Assembly (NCBI GenBank): GCA_964187785.1
Contig: OZ076413.1
Coordinates: 41,480,001 to 41,544,000 of the forward strand
Direction: 5' to 3'
Length of the DNA stretch: 64,000 bases
From: Amphiscolops sp. MND2022
Lineage: Eukaryota
This document shows, piece by piece, positions 50,901-62,900 of this stretch. Numbering within the stretch: position 1 is the first letter of the stretch; the number at the start of each line of letters is the position of its first letter. The notes under the pieces are model-generated. The model worked only from the letters and a program-made list of their open reading frames with translations. It made no database searches and had not been told where the DNA came from. Made by a program: the position numbers and the translations under genes.

Positions 50901-53900
50901 TCTTTGAGATGTTTTGGTGTTGGTAAACTCTGGCTATAGGCTGAGGAGTCATCTTTGGGCGTTAGTTTTACCTTGAAATCCTCGTTCATGCCTATGTTAA
51001 AGCGATATTGTGCGAAAATGTCGTGAAATTCAACTAGTAGGTCTTCCATCTTCGCAATTTCTTACGGCTGTTGCATTGAGTGCGTACAGTCGAAGTTAGA
51101 GAGAAAACGCTTTGGACTCATGGTCATCCTGACAGTTGAGTTTTTCTAATTCTTGGAGATTTTGTAGTTCCTTCAGAAACCGTTGTTCAATAGGAGTATG
51201 GATTCGAGGATATCCTGGGTTCTACGGTGTAGGGAACAGGTAATTTTCGTTGAAGTCGTCGGATTTATTCAAACAGCCCGCAAAGAAAGCTGTGTATTCG
51301 GTGGCATCTTGTAGCAGGTGACATGTAGACATCGGATCTACGGGTTTGACAATTTATTTTTTTGGTGTCGGGACGGAAACATTGGTGTTGCGTCAATGCC
51401 TGTTTGATGGTATAAGAATGATCGGTGAAAATTTTCACGTGGATGGTAACCTGAACTCAGATCAGGGTGACTAGAGCAGCACATTAGGCGACTTCACCGT
51501 CTTCAACGAGTGCGTTGCTTGGCTGAATGATTCCGGTGACAGCAGCGGTGTTGCTGTATAACTTCGAACTGAAGGACTTATGTTGTCTATCGTTGGGGGA
51601 ATTGGTTATGCACTCGCGGGTACAGAAAGGTTCCATAACATCAGTATATTTATGGTCTGCAGTTTTCAATTGCTTGGAAAAGAACGGAAAAATCAAGACT
51701 CCATGTCGCATGCCCAGTATGGTTTTTTTCCGTTGAAGTAATGAGAGACCAATTAACAGACGGGCGAGGTTTTCCATTACAAAAATATTCATGGAACTTT
51801 ATGTCGCCGACCTCCAATTTCAGTTCGATGAAGCTCTTAAGGTTTTTCACCTGCCCCTTTGCGACCATTATTTGGAAGTTGGTTGCTGGGCTCTCTGTTA
51901 CAGTTGACTGAGGGGTTAACACTCGGATTTTACGTAGATCGTCTTCTGGGATCGTGTTTGATAGGGCTCCCGTGTAAACAACTCCATCTAGTGTAAGTTC
52001 GCCAAAATGCATGGGAACGTAGAGCATACGTCGTTTATATTTGAATCCAAGATTGGTTGTCAGCGGAACATAGGCTAATCTGCCGTTCTGATGACCATAG
52101 TGTTTACGAATCTTTCTTCAACTGTTGCTGTCAGGCTGACCTGAGGTCTGTCATCAGTAGATTCGTCTTCGGACTCTTCGTGACACTGTGAATGAAGGGG
52201 GCCGAATTGCGTTTGCCAGAGGTCAACCAATGCATTGGCTAAGACCTCTTTCAGAGCCTCATCGATCTCATGAGAATCCGGTTCTATTTGATTGTCTTGT
52301 TTTTCGAAGGTTGTGTAAATGTGTAAATTATGTTGGTTGTAGAGGTTGACGTCTCAGTATGAGTCAGAATTAGAGTGTGGGTCAAAATAATAGGGGTTTT
52401 AGTAGTGTTTTAGGGGAAAGGGACGAGTATCAGAAGTATTTGGTTTCAGTCTTTCGGACCAATGGTCCAAGAGATATATGTGAGTAGGAATGTGCTTCAT
52501 CTGCTGCTGCCAGTTAGCTGATGACGTCGTTTTAAGGGATGAGTAGTATTCAGTGTTTTATACGATGGAGGCGTCAGAGATGATATAGTGTGTGACACGT
52601 AATTTTGCATTAATCTGGAGTCCTGGCAATTCTAGTTTTTTGTGTTTTTAAGGATAAATGTAGTAGGTTTGCAGGTAATGTCGGTTGGACTGGTAGAAGA
52701 TTCTTCCTCGATGGTGTCATCCAGCTTTAGGTTTCTGGGCTTGAGCTGGGCTCCTGCACCTTTCCATCATTGTTCCGCCGGGTGATTGGTTTTACCACAA
52801 GTGGGGCATTTGCGGAATTCTTTCTTGGTGGTCTGGCCATCATTGCGTTTGTCTGTCTCCTTCCTTTTGAGTTTTCTCCAGTCTTGCTTGTTATGTCCCG
52901 GCTTCAAGTAATAATTGCAAAGATTCCTGGGTCAATGCCAGAAGTAAGGAGACCAATTCCCAGTCCTGTTGCTGTGGGGCTGTGGAAATTGTGGGGACGT
53001 GAATGTCGTTGCCTTGCTCAAGTCCATTGCGCTCCAATTTTGTACTAAGTGTGTGACTATTTCTTATACTAGGCGTTCTCTGGTTTCGACATGTTGACTG
53101 AACGTTTCGACGTCGATGGTAATTTCGCGTAGAGAAAGAAGGCTGTCTAAGATGACCTGAGCATGTTTTCCGAATGCTTTTTCTGCGCCCCGGTTAAGTT
53201 CTTCTGAGAAGTCTGGCAATTTTTTTGTATTTGCGTCAAACATCAATTTTTGCCATTTATGCTTCACTATCGCCTAAGACGTTGGTTTGACATAATTGTG
53301 TCGAAAGACTGCTAGTATATCCTCGAGAGTTTGTCTATTGGCTGAATTGATGTTACGAAACGTTTGCAGGTTTTTTTAGAAGCACGAAGTGAAAGTGATT
53401 GAATTTCATCGATTCACTCATTTCCTGTTGAATTTTTATAATTGTATGGAAGACGTCTTGAAAGAGTGCAAGTTTTTTGATTTTCCATCAAACGTCATTG
53501 CAGAGGTACTGACTGGACGTACAATCAGTGTTTGTGCTGATGATCTATTATTCAGACCAACGAGCGATTCTGCAAGACGTTTTATAGGATCTGGTGGGTT
53601 ATCGACTGTTTGTGTGTCTTCAACAGGAAGTGTTGTATCAAGATGGTCATCATCGGGAAAAAAAGGCGTTGCGATGTTGCGCGAGATTGCATGGGCCGTT
53701 CGATCAGGAATTCAGGAACCATTTGACCGGTAAATGTGGCTCCTGTCACCATTTTGTTATCAACATCACTCTCATAATAGTCTACCTAACTCCCCTAGGG
53801 TGATAATTACAGTTACTTCTAAGGTTGAAAGTCTACGGTTGGTAATTCTTTTTCTTCGATTGCAGGGTTAATCACTTCAAGCACATGTGCGTTCAGGTCA

Positions 53901-54214
53901 ATTCTGTTTTCTTCAAGCTTCCTAGACATTTGAGAAGAAATCTCTGAGTCAGTAGCTCCACTAGTTTCAGCTGTAATTTCACAAGTATTACTGCTATTAG
54001 TGTTTAAGAATGACCTAAATACTTCCCTGCTTGGCTATTTCCCCGATGTAGTCTTTTGGACTCTAGGTCAGCTTCTATCGCTTCTGATAGTTCTTGCCTT
54101 TCAAAGCCATATAAGGGAAGTTTCCCAACATAACATCCATATTTCCAATATCTGACATTACGTCAGAGTGTCTTGACCGTTTCTCTCTTTCTTTTTGCAT
54201 TCTCAGAGAGGCAT
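47997..54214 (-). pseudogene. gag-pol remnant
   Basis: gag KHKWQKLMFDANTKKLPDFSEEL; mutated protease site LDGVVYTGA; RT QYVDDIG; RNase H IIVTDIK...NNAAEYLSRL; integrase-region remnants; C-terminus NLRPNPNPSYSED. Heavily frameshifted, and the RT/RNase H junction appears deleted near 50280. Confidence 0.85.
53738..53751 (-). other. Primer-binding site
   Basis: TGGTGACAGGAGCC, 3 nt inside the CA end of the 5' LTR. TGG is complementary to tRNA CCA. Confidence 0.75.
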
Positions 54215-55263
54215 TATGAAGTCTAAAATTGAAGAATTGAATATTATTGAGATGTATAACAAAGTTGGATCTTCGATTTGATTGTATTCAAGCAGTATCA
54301 AATTTGATCCCTCAATCAACAGGTGTCTCGTATTTGTAGCAAATCGGCAACGAAAGCCACGAAATGGTGTGTCACCCAACTAAAAATAGAATAGAATTAC
54401 GTCTTTATTTCTATAAACAACTAAATGTCATTAGGTCATCCTAACTAATACTAACTAAACAATATTGCGTCACTTTCTGGGTTAAATATGGTCTAAAAAC
54501 TGCAACAGTGATAGTAACATATAAATACCTAACTAATGCTCTATGATTTTGCATGACCTTGGTTTTTAACGTATTCAGATTAATAACAACTACAGTTTCG
54601 CATGATAATGAGTATCGAGGACGTAGCGTCCACGTGACTGCAGCACAATAGTAACTAGAGCAGTGATTGGTTGAACATGAATGCGGACAGCGCAAACCGG
54701 TCTAGAGCTAAGTACCAGTAGAACGCGTTTTCGATTTCACTCTAAGTAGCGTCATTCCTTATCAATTGACTACATTTGCAGCTTCCGTGTTAAATAGAAC
54801 TAAAAAAAGCGTTCGTTTACATGAGAAAATTATAACAAAATCATGGAATTGCATAGTACAAAATGACTTTTTATATTCATATTGAATGGTTTCAGAACAT
54901 TACTCTAGTCCTATTGACTGCCAGTCTCATGTCTTTCAAAGGTAGGCAGTCAGCATATTGCTGTCTAGTTCAATGATGGTTCACCCTTTAGTTAGTGTAA
55001 CGTTGTAGTAAGATTTTTGTAGCTCCGATTAAAAATATAATTGTGACAACTAATGCATTAACATAAATATTCAATAGTATGACGATCAGATGTTCATAAA
55101 GTTTACATACATCCAAAAATCAAAAGTATATTGCACTGCTGTAGTCGGGCTGACCTCGTGTCCAACTCATCTTATAATGGCAAAATCCCTGGGGGAGGCA
55201 TTGAATTTTTGTTATCATGAATTACCTGGTAATAGTTTCTGTCGCTCGCGGCAGTTTGTGACA
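53755..55263 (-). repeat. 5' LTR (~1.51 kb)
   Basis: Colinear with 41632-43172. It lacks roughly 120 nt present near 41700-41835 and has extra sequence near 54890-54960. Confidence 0.92.
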
Positions 55264-55473
55264 TTGGATAAAAAACTAATCATGAGTTTCAATAACATGG
55301 GTGGGTTGTTATTAGGACACATACTCACAGGTACTCGTATAATCAAGTTTTGTATAGTTTTTGGTGACCATTCCGTCTCCAGTTACTTCGAACAAGCAGC
55401 AGCATTCTAAAAAGTGCTCCAGCGAATATTGCTGTACAGTAGTGTAAGAAAAGAACTGATCCCTTGTTTTTAG

Positions 55474-55787
55474 GAACTAAATGGACTGCATGTAAACAAA
55501 GCCCCATTAGTTGTCAATGTCATGCCTGCGAGGAGTCAGGATTGAAAGTTGAGAATATTTCCACATATGTGAACGACATAGAGGTAATCAGCAATTCAAG
55601 AGATGAAAACAGTAGTTATTCTCAGAAACATTTTGAAAAAATGACTAGTAAAATCCAAAACAGGGTATCTAAAAGACACAAAGATACAAAGCTTTGTCAA
55701 CGAGAGAACTTGAGGCTAATCGAAAACTTATCTTCGAAGGTAGATAACCTTTTTGGGCCCAATTCCGATCCTTGTGACCCGAATTAG
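55474..55787 (+). CDS. Candidate terminal exon (Cys-rich start), possibly the tail of the claudin-like gene
   Basis: Acceptor CCCTTGTTTTTAG at 55473 is in phase with donor CACAG|GTACTC at 55331. Open frame TKWTACKQSPISCQCHACEE... runs to a stop at 55787. Confidence 0.3.
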
Positions 55788-55904
55788 TCCCAAGAGAAGT
55801 AGATGGTGACGTCGATAACTCCTCGAATATAGCGAGATTAAATGGTTACAACAGTGATCTTTTGACATCATGTCACCAGTTTAACGAAATTGTTACAATA
55901 TATA

Positions 55905-56158
55905 TTTTTAGCCGGCACTTTTCTAGTGAAACGTGCCCGACTATTACAGTGGTTAGTTTTTTTTCGTCAGACCACAGACCTCACGGGTTCGAGTTTCTGC
56001 TTTATCCAAAAACTTTTTCAAGCATTTGCGAAAGCGGACGAGACTGAAGAGTCCACTCTTTCAATTTTTTTGACACTGCGCGACTTGTTTTCGAAATTAT
56101 TTTGCCTTCAATGGGTCCCCTTCAATTTTTTTGCCTTCAAAGGGCCCCCCGGCTTGTT
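55905..56158 (+). mobile_element. Short DINE-1/Helentron-like repeat copy
   Basis: Start TTAGCCGGCAC...GCCCGACTATTACAGTGG matches the start of 20863-21403; ends GGCTTGTT. Confidence 0.55.
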
Positions 56159-56341
56159 TCACAAAAAAACAGAAACTAAAAACGGGTTGGAGGTGAAAAG
56201 TTCGAAAGCAGCTCTGATCGCCTGATCAGTTTGCATATTTCAAGTTTTAAGTATGCTGCTGTTTCGGACCATTTTGTTTTTTTTTCTTTGTTTCCGATGG
56301 AGTCTGGGAACAATAAAGATATAAAAAACTAGACCATACCT

Positions 56342-56492
56342 AACAAGACGTCCGATAAGCACCAGGATATTTTTTGGCTTCTCTGCCTTCACTCAGTTGA
56401 CCTTTTTTATTCAGTTGACTATTTTAGTTACTTGACTATTTCAGTTACTTGACTATTTTAGTTACTTGACTATTTCAGTTACTTGACTATTT
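56342..56492 (+). repeat. Repeat end plus tandem 17-bp array TGACTATTTYAGTTACT (about 4.5 units)
   Basis: Array at 56416-56492 alternates TTTT and TTTC units. Same unit as at 36730. Confidence 0.85.
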
Positions 56493-56998
56493 TAATTGCG
56501 TTTAATTAAGTGATGTGGATGGAGATCGTGGAGATTTGGCAGAATTCGGAAATAAACGCAACACAGATTATAATTTGCCTCCCCCATTATATGTGGGCGG
56601 AAAATAATAGTGTTGACCGTTTTAAGTATAACTGAATGTGTTGGCGCCTCAAAATTTGTTCCGAAAAAATTGAAGGCAAAATAAGTCGAGTTAGCCAATT
56701 TCAAAATGCTGTAAAAATGTGTAGAATTGAATTTGAGTGCTAGTTTTCGCCCAATCGACATATTTTGAGCCAAATGAGAGATTTAAACTATAAAATCGAA
56801 AATCGAAGCCAAAAAATTTTCAATTCCCCTCTTACGTCCCAATTTTGACCCTTTCCTTAATTTAAGAGTATATTTGACCTATAATCTTTGTTTAAAGTGT
56901 TGAAGTCGTTACGAGCCCCTTATTTGGGCTACCTGGGTGCTCTGAGGATCCAACAGCACCATTTACAAACATCGTTGATTATTCTATAGCAAATAACA

Positions 56999-59900
56999 TG
57001 TGTAAATGTATGCCTTAATCTTGCTTAAATGTATGCCATTTATATATACTTTTACATATTTTGGTGTATAGCTCTAGCCCAGTTAAGTAGTTTGTTTCTG
57101 GTTATTCTATATATCAAGGCGCTTGTATGGTGATGGTAAATTTAACCACAAACATCCGCCATTTGGTATTTCCTGTATGCTAAAGTAACCAGAGTTAACT
57201 CCTACTAAGACACACAGCAACCAAGTAGAGATTCAAATCAGTCGACTTTGCTACTCAAGTATTGAAGAAAGTGAAAGCTTGGATGTTTCTCGTACAACTA
57301 ACTCAGTTAACTCTGGCTATTGAAGAGTTTTTTGGAGTTGAGCAAGTGATATTATGTTGTTTCGAAATTCCAACGTCAATTTATTATATTGCATATGGTT
57401 GCGATATTTTTGCTTGAGAAAGTTATCGTGGACACAAGGATTGGGATCGATCAATTGGTTTAGCAGATCAACAGAAGCTACTCTTCATCAGGACAGCTAA
57501 GTTGATTCCTATAGTCACAGTTTAAAGCTACTTTATGTTTGCGAAACGGAATAAGTGCAAAGTCAAAGATGCAGTAATTGCTTCACCGACTTCCGAAACT
57601 TATTCAAAGTAACGCAAGCTAAAATTTTCATTGAAATAAGTTGCGAATCACATATTGAAGGTTCGTGATTAGTGGTTTTTGCAAGTGCATTTCCTGGACA
57701 AATCAGATACAGAAATTGCCCGCAAGTTGTCAACCAGGCCGTCGTAAAGCTTGGTAAGTGTTTCTGTTAGTTTACCTTGCAGACGCAAAAATTTGGTCCT
57801 GCGACCCGGGAGGGCACTCTGCAAATTTAACCTGTTTGAGCGTTGTAAATTTTGCCTATCTGACCGCTGTTAAAAAAGCAAAAGACAATGGCTGAAGGTG
57901 GGCTTTATGATCCTCAATTCATGACCGTGTCAAAAAATGGAACTGAAAGAAAAGTCCCATTTTCGGATTCGTTAAAAAACTCATCCACATTGAGCGACTG
58001 GATCAATCATGAAAAACAAGTAGTTGACATTGTCTCGACCATTCGAAATATGGAACATGACTTGCGAAATATCAAATCAAACAATCCAGTTCTTTGGGTC
58101 GATAAGGGCAATTTTTGTTTAAAGTTTTGGGCGTCTAAGGATGAATTGAAGAAAGAATTCGAACTGTATCTCCCAATGTTGAAAAAAAAGAACCAAAGTG
58201 ATCGCAGAACGGCTCTTAGAAAACTAAATTTGGAATTTGAAGAAAGATTCACAGAATGGTGTGAAGACCTCCGAAATCTTGGATTTATCGGTAGCCTTCC
58301 CCAGAAGTTAAAAGATGAAAGAGATTTGCTGAAGTTTTGTAAGTCCGTGGATCAATTTTCCGAAAAGACACGAAACTTGTCCAGTGAATTAGACACGATT
58401 AACAACTTGATGAAACAAGAAGAAAGGTCAAGTAAAGTGAAGTCATCTATACAAAAACTTCAAGAATTCAAAAGTAGGCTGGATAAGGTTTAAGAAAGTG
58501 TTTGTAGCCAGCTAAAAACGGAATCAATTGGGGAGTTGTCAATGTTTGAAAGGAATGTTAGAGATTTCAGTGTGAAAATACAACAAGCGACGACAGATTC
58601 ATTGAGCTATGTCGATCGTATGAATGAAGTAAAAGATCATTGGAACCAACCAATAACTTCAGATGGGTTGGGGGAAACTACCTCCATGAAAGACATTCCA
58701 GTGACATCGACTGGCGATGAAGGTAGTCAAACTCGGAATTTGCGCCAAAGTGCAAACGATACACTAGAAAAGAGTCTGAAATTGCTAAGAGATGTTAACC
58801 AATTCACAGCGTTTGATAAGAGTGAGAACCGTACGGAAGTTGCTCCTCGGCAAACAGGATCAGCGACTTTGAGTACAGTGAAGCGACGTTCATTAGTGGA
58901 CTTCTCACCTTCAAGAACTTTGCCGAAAAGTGATACCTGCAAACCCTTGGGCTCAAGAGTGGGTTCCGAGTTGTCAAGGGTTAGTGAACTACGACGCTTA
59001 GAGATGCATGCTAAAGTGCTAGAACAAAAGTCTCAGTTAGAAATTGAGAAAAGGCAGCGAGAACTGAAAATGGAGAAAACGAAAAAGCAAATGGAAATGG
59101 AATTGGAGATGCATCAGAAGCTCCTAGATCTACAAGCGGAAGCTGAAATTGCTGAAATGGAAAGCAGAAAAGCGCTTGAGCAGCACGAAATGAGACTACA
59201 AATAGAAGAAGCTGAGGGGTCCGTTCGTGCTTTGTCGATTTGTACCAGCTTGATGTCTCTCACCCTTGGAGAAGACAAAAACAGTGACATCAGAAGCTGG
59301 TTAGAACGAAGTGATGAAAATCTCGAAAAGGGCTTTTCACAACCGAAGGAATCTAGTAGAGAGGTAGAAAACAAAAGTGGATCAAGAAGACTACCTCAGA
59401 GATTTCCAAAACACTCTCCTCAAAGAAATCAATTGCTGATTTGGCAACCTCATAGCAGAGGTACCAGTGAGTCACCTCCGAGAAAAAACACTGCGATCAA
59501 TTTTCCGAAAACAAAACCTTCACTTCAGCAAGGCAATGACGAACCGAAGTCAAAACAAGAATTCGCGAATCCCACTTTCAAAGTAGAAAATCCTTTTCCT
59601 TCCTTTACCCCAGCAATACCTCTACAGCAACCTGTACAATTTGTTCAAACAAGTTTACCTAAGCTAAATTTATCTGAATTTCACGGAGATCCATTGGAAT
59701 GGCCGGAATGGTCCAGCTTGTTTACAGCAACCATCCATAATGCACCTATCGATGACAATACAAAAATGAATCATTTGAAAACGATCGTTAAAGGTAAAGC
59801 CAAGGCGGCAATTGCTGGTCTTGGATACACAGGAATCATGTATAGTGCTGCATCGAATGCTTTGGTTACCAATTTCGGACGTCCGCAAACAATTGTGAAT

Positions 59901-62900
59901 GCGCAGATGAAGCAAATCCATTTGAGTCCGTTCATCAAGTCGCATGACTCAGCGGCTATTATAAAGTACGCTCAGTTGATCACTACATGTGTCAATGTGT
60001 TGAAACAAATCGGTTTTACAGGAGATCTATATTCAGAGTCCGTTCTGAACTCGGCATTGAGAAAATTACCACCTGAATTGAAAACTAAGTGGTTTTTCCT
60101 TGCGAAAAGCAAAGGTTACTTCCATGCCGATCTTTGCAAATTTAGCAAGTGGCTAAATCAAGTTGCCTATGTGCATGATGAGATGATGGTGCAATTCAAA
60201 ACACCGTTTGAGAAGAAAGCCACTGGATCAACCGAAAAGGTTAAGACTTCAACATTTGCTGCCAATGACTAAGGTAAACCAACATCAACTTCTATTAAGC
60301 AATGTCCATTAACAGATGGCGAACATAAAATTTGGATGTGCAACAAATTCAAAGAGCGAGCTGTCAACGAAAGGTATGAAACGTTGAAAAAACTGAAACT
60401 TTGTTTCTGTTGTCTTAATTCTCACCTGATTAAAGACTGCAAATCAGAACGTGTCTGCGGTGTGAATGGTTGCACTAAGAAACACAACAGAATTCCACAC
60501 TGTGATGCGCAGAAAATAGACAAGGTCACCAATGACAAGAAAACAGAAGACTCGGCGCCTCAAAGCAGGTCCGGCAGCTCTTCTATGATGTCGACAGGCA
60601 ATAACGGTTTCTTACAACTGATTCCTATTTCGGTAGGTAATGAAAAACGATGCGTTGAAACTATTGCGCTCTGTGATACCGGATCCACTGTTTCGTTTAT
60701 GGATCAAAGTTTGGTTGATCTTCTCAGGTTGAAAGGTAAAGAGTCCGTAATGTCCGTTGCTGGCATTCATGGTTTGTCTGATTTGAAAACGCAAATAGTA
60801 ACAGCCAAAGTGGGTTCCAGTGAGACAGAAACGGCTGGAGAGACTGTAACGTTCTGCAGTCATCCTAACCTAAATGTTTGTGAAAAAGACTATGACTTCA
60901 GAAAACTAAAAGAAGAGTACCATTATTTATCTGATCTGCCTAACATTAAAGTCTCAATGACTGATGTTAAAGTGATTTTCGGACAGGATGCTTATCATTT
61001 GATCAGGCCGCTGGAATACAAATCTGGCGAAAGAAACCAACCATGGGCAGTTAAAACAGCACTGGGTTGGACCATTAGCGGAGCCTTGCCAAAAAAGGAA
61101 ACAAGTAACATATCAGTTTCTTGCAACTTTTCAGTTGCATCCGACCCACTGGCAGATCAGATGAAAAAATGGTGGGACATGGAGACATACGCGTCAGTGT
61201 GTGATGTCTCTGGTCGATCCAAAGAAGAAAAGAGAGCACTGTCAATTTTAGAAAGGACAACAAAGCATAACGGCGAACGTTATCAAGTTGGTTTAATGTG
61301 GGCTGATGACAATCCTGATCTGCCTAACAATTATTACTCAGCATATCAGCAGTTCTTGTCGATGGAAAAAAGGTTGGAGAAAGACCTTGAATTGAAAGAA
61401 GCCTACAAAGCTACCATTGAGAAGGACTTGGAAAACCATTTTATTCGAAAACTGGATCAAGAAGAAGTTTCCAGTACAGAGAATGATATGCAATGGTACT
61501 TACCTCATCACCCAGTGAAACATCCACATAAGCCACGCAAGGTCAGAAGGGTTTGTAATGCGGCTTCAAAGTTTAGAGGCGTTTCGCTAAATGACAAACT
61601 TCTAAGTGGACCAGATTTATTGCGCAACTTAGTGGGAATTGTTTTCAGGTTCAGAGAGCACCTGATAGCAATCACTGCCGATATAGAGTCAATGTTTTTA
61701 CAAGTAGCAGTTCCGAAAGAAGAATGTAATTTTCTACGTTTTCTTTAGCGAGATAAACCAGAAGATAACATTGGAATTTTTGAGTATAATAGGCATGTGA
61801 TCGGAGCAAAGAGTTCCCCAACGTGTGTCAATTATGGTTTCCAACAAGGCGGTAGAGATAACAAAAGGGAGTTTCCTGTAGCAGCCGCTACAATAGACAG
61901 AAATTTTTACATGGACGATCTTGTCAAGAGTGTTGATACACCACAAGAGGCCCTTGAATGTTATCAACAGTTAGTGGAAACACTGAAGCGCAGTGGCTTT
62001 GTTTTAAAGAAATGGGCGAGCAATTGCCCTGAAGTGCTTGAAGTTATCCCCTCGGAAGACCATCTGGAATCTAATGACTTTACATTGAATGCGGATTCAT
62101 CGCCCATCCTAGGTCTCGAATGGAACATAGATTCGGATAGTCTTCAAGTCTGCCGAGGACCAAACAAAGAATGTCCACAATAAGTAACGCAACGAGTGGT
62201 ACTATCCTTTGTTTCATCTGTATTTGATCCCATGGGAATCTTCGCACCGTTTACCATGCGAATGAGAATGCTTTTGAAGAGTATTTGGATCCGTTTTGGT
62301 CAGTCGTGGGACGAAAATATCAGTGAAGAAGCTAAGCGAACATTCTTAGAGTGGGTACAAGAAATGCAGACAATTAAGCAGACATCTCTTTCCCGGAAGT
62401 ATTTCTCCAATATCCCCAAGAACGTGCAGTTACATATTTTCAGTGATGCCTCTTTGGAAGCAATGTGCATTGTTGCATATTTTCGAGGAGAACTCGAAGA
62501 TGGCATCGAAGTGTCCTTTGTGTTGGGCAAATGCAGAATAGCTCCTATCAATCAGTTGTATATTCCTCGTCTAGAGCTACAAGCAGCCTTGTATTCTGTG
62601 AGGTTGAGAAAATTGATCATTCAAGAACACGATTTACCTAATAATGGTGTAACTCATTGGACAGATTCCGTTACCGTATTGCAATGGTTAAACTCAGCGG
62701 ACAAAAAGCAGAATGTCTTTGTTGCCAATAGAGCAGCTGAAATTCTGGAAAACTCCACCATTGACGAATGGAAACATATCCGAGGCGAGTTGAATCCATC
62801 TGACATTGGAACTCGTGGGATAACTATAGGAAAGTTATCTGAAAGCGAATGGTTAACCGGACCCTCTTGGTTGAAAGACCAGCCTGGGGATTGGCCTTTA

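Larger units (their letters stand above)
41632..55263 (-). mobile_element. Full-span decayed Ty3/Gypsy LTR retrotransposon (13.6 kb) with extra 3' ORFs
   Basis: TG...CA termini with TTGGA TSD at 41627-41631 and 55264-55268. LTRs 41632-43172 and 53755-55263, PBS TGGTGACAGGAGCC, purine-rich AGAGGAG before the 3' LTR. gag, PR, RT (QYVDDIG ~50460), RNase H and IN remnants lie in Gypsy order. Confidence 0.93.

Noticed and set aside
56416..56492. Regular short repeats as a CRISPR array
   Set aside because: Head-to-tail 17-mers with no unique spacers, no cas genes, and a eukaryotic context.
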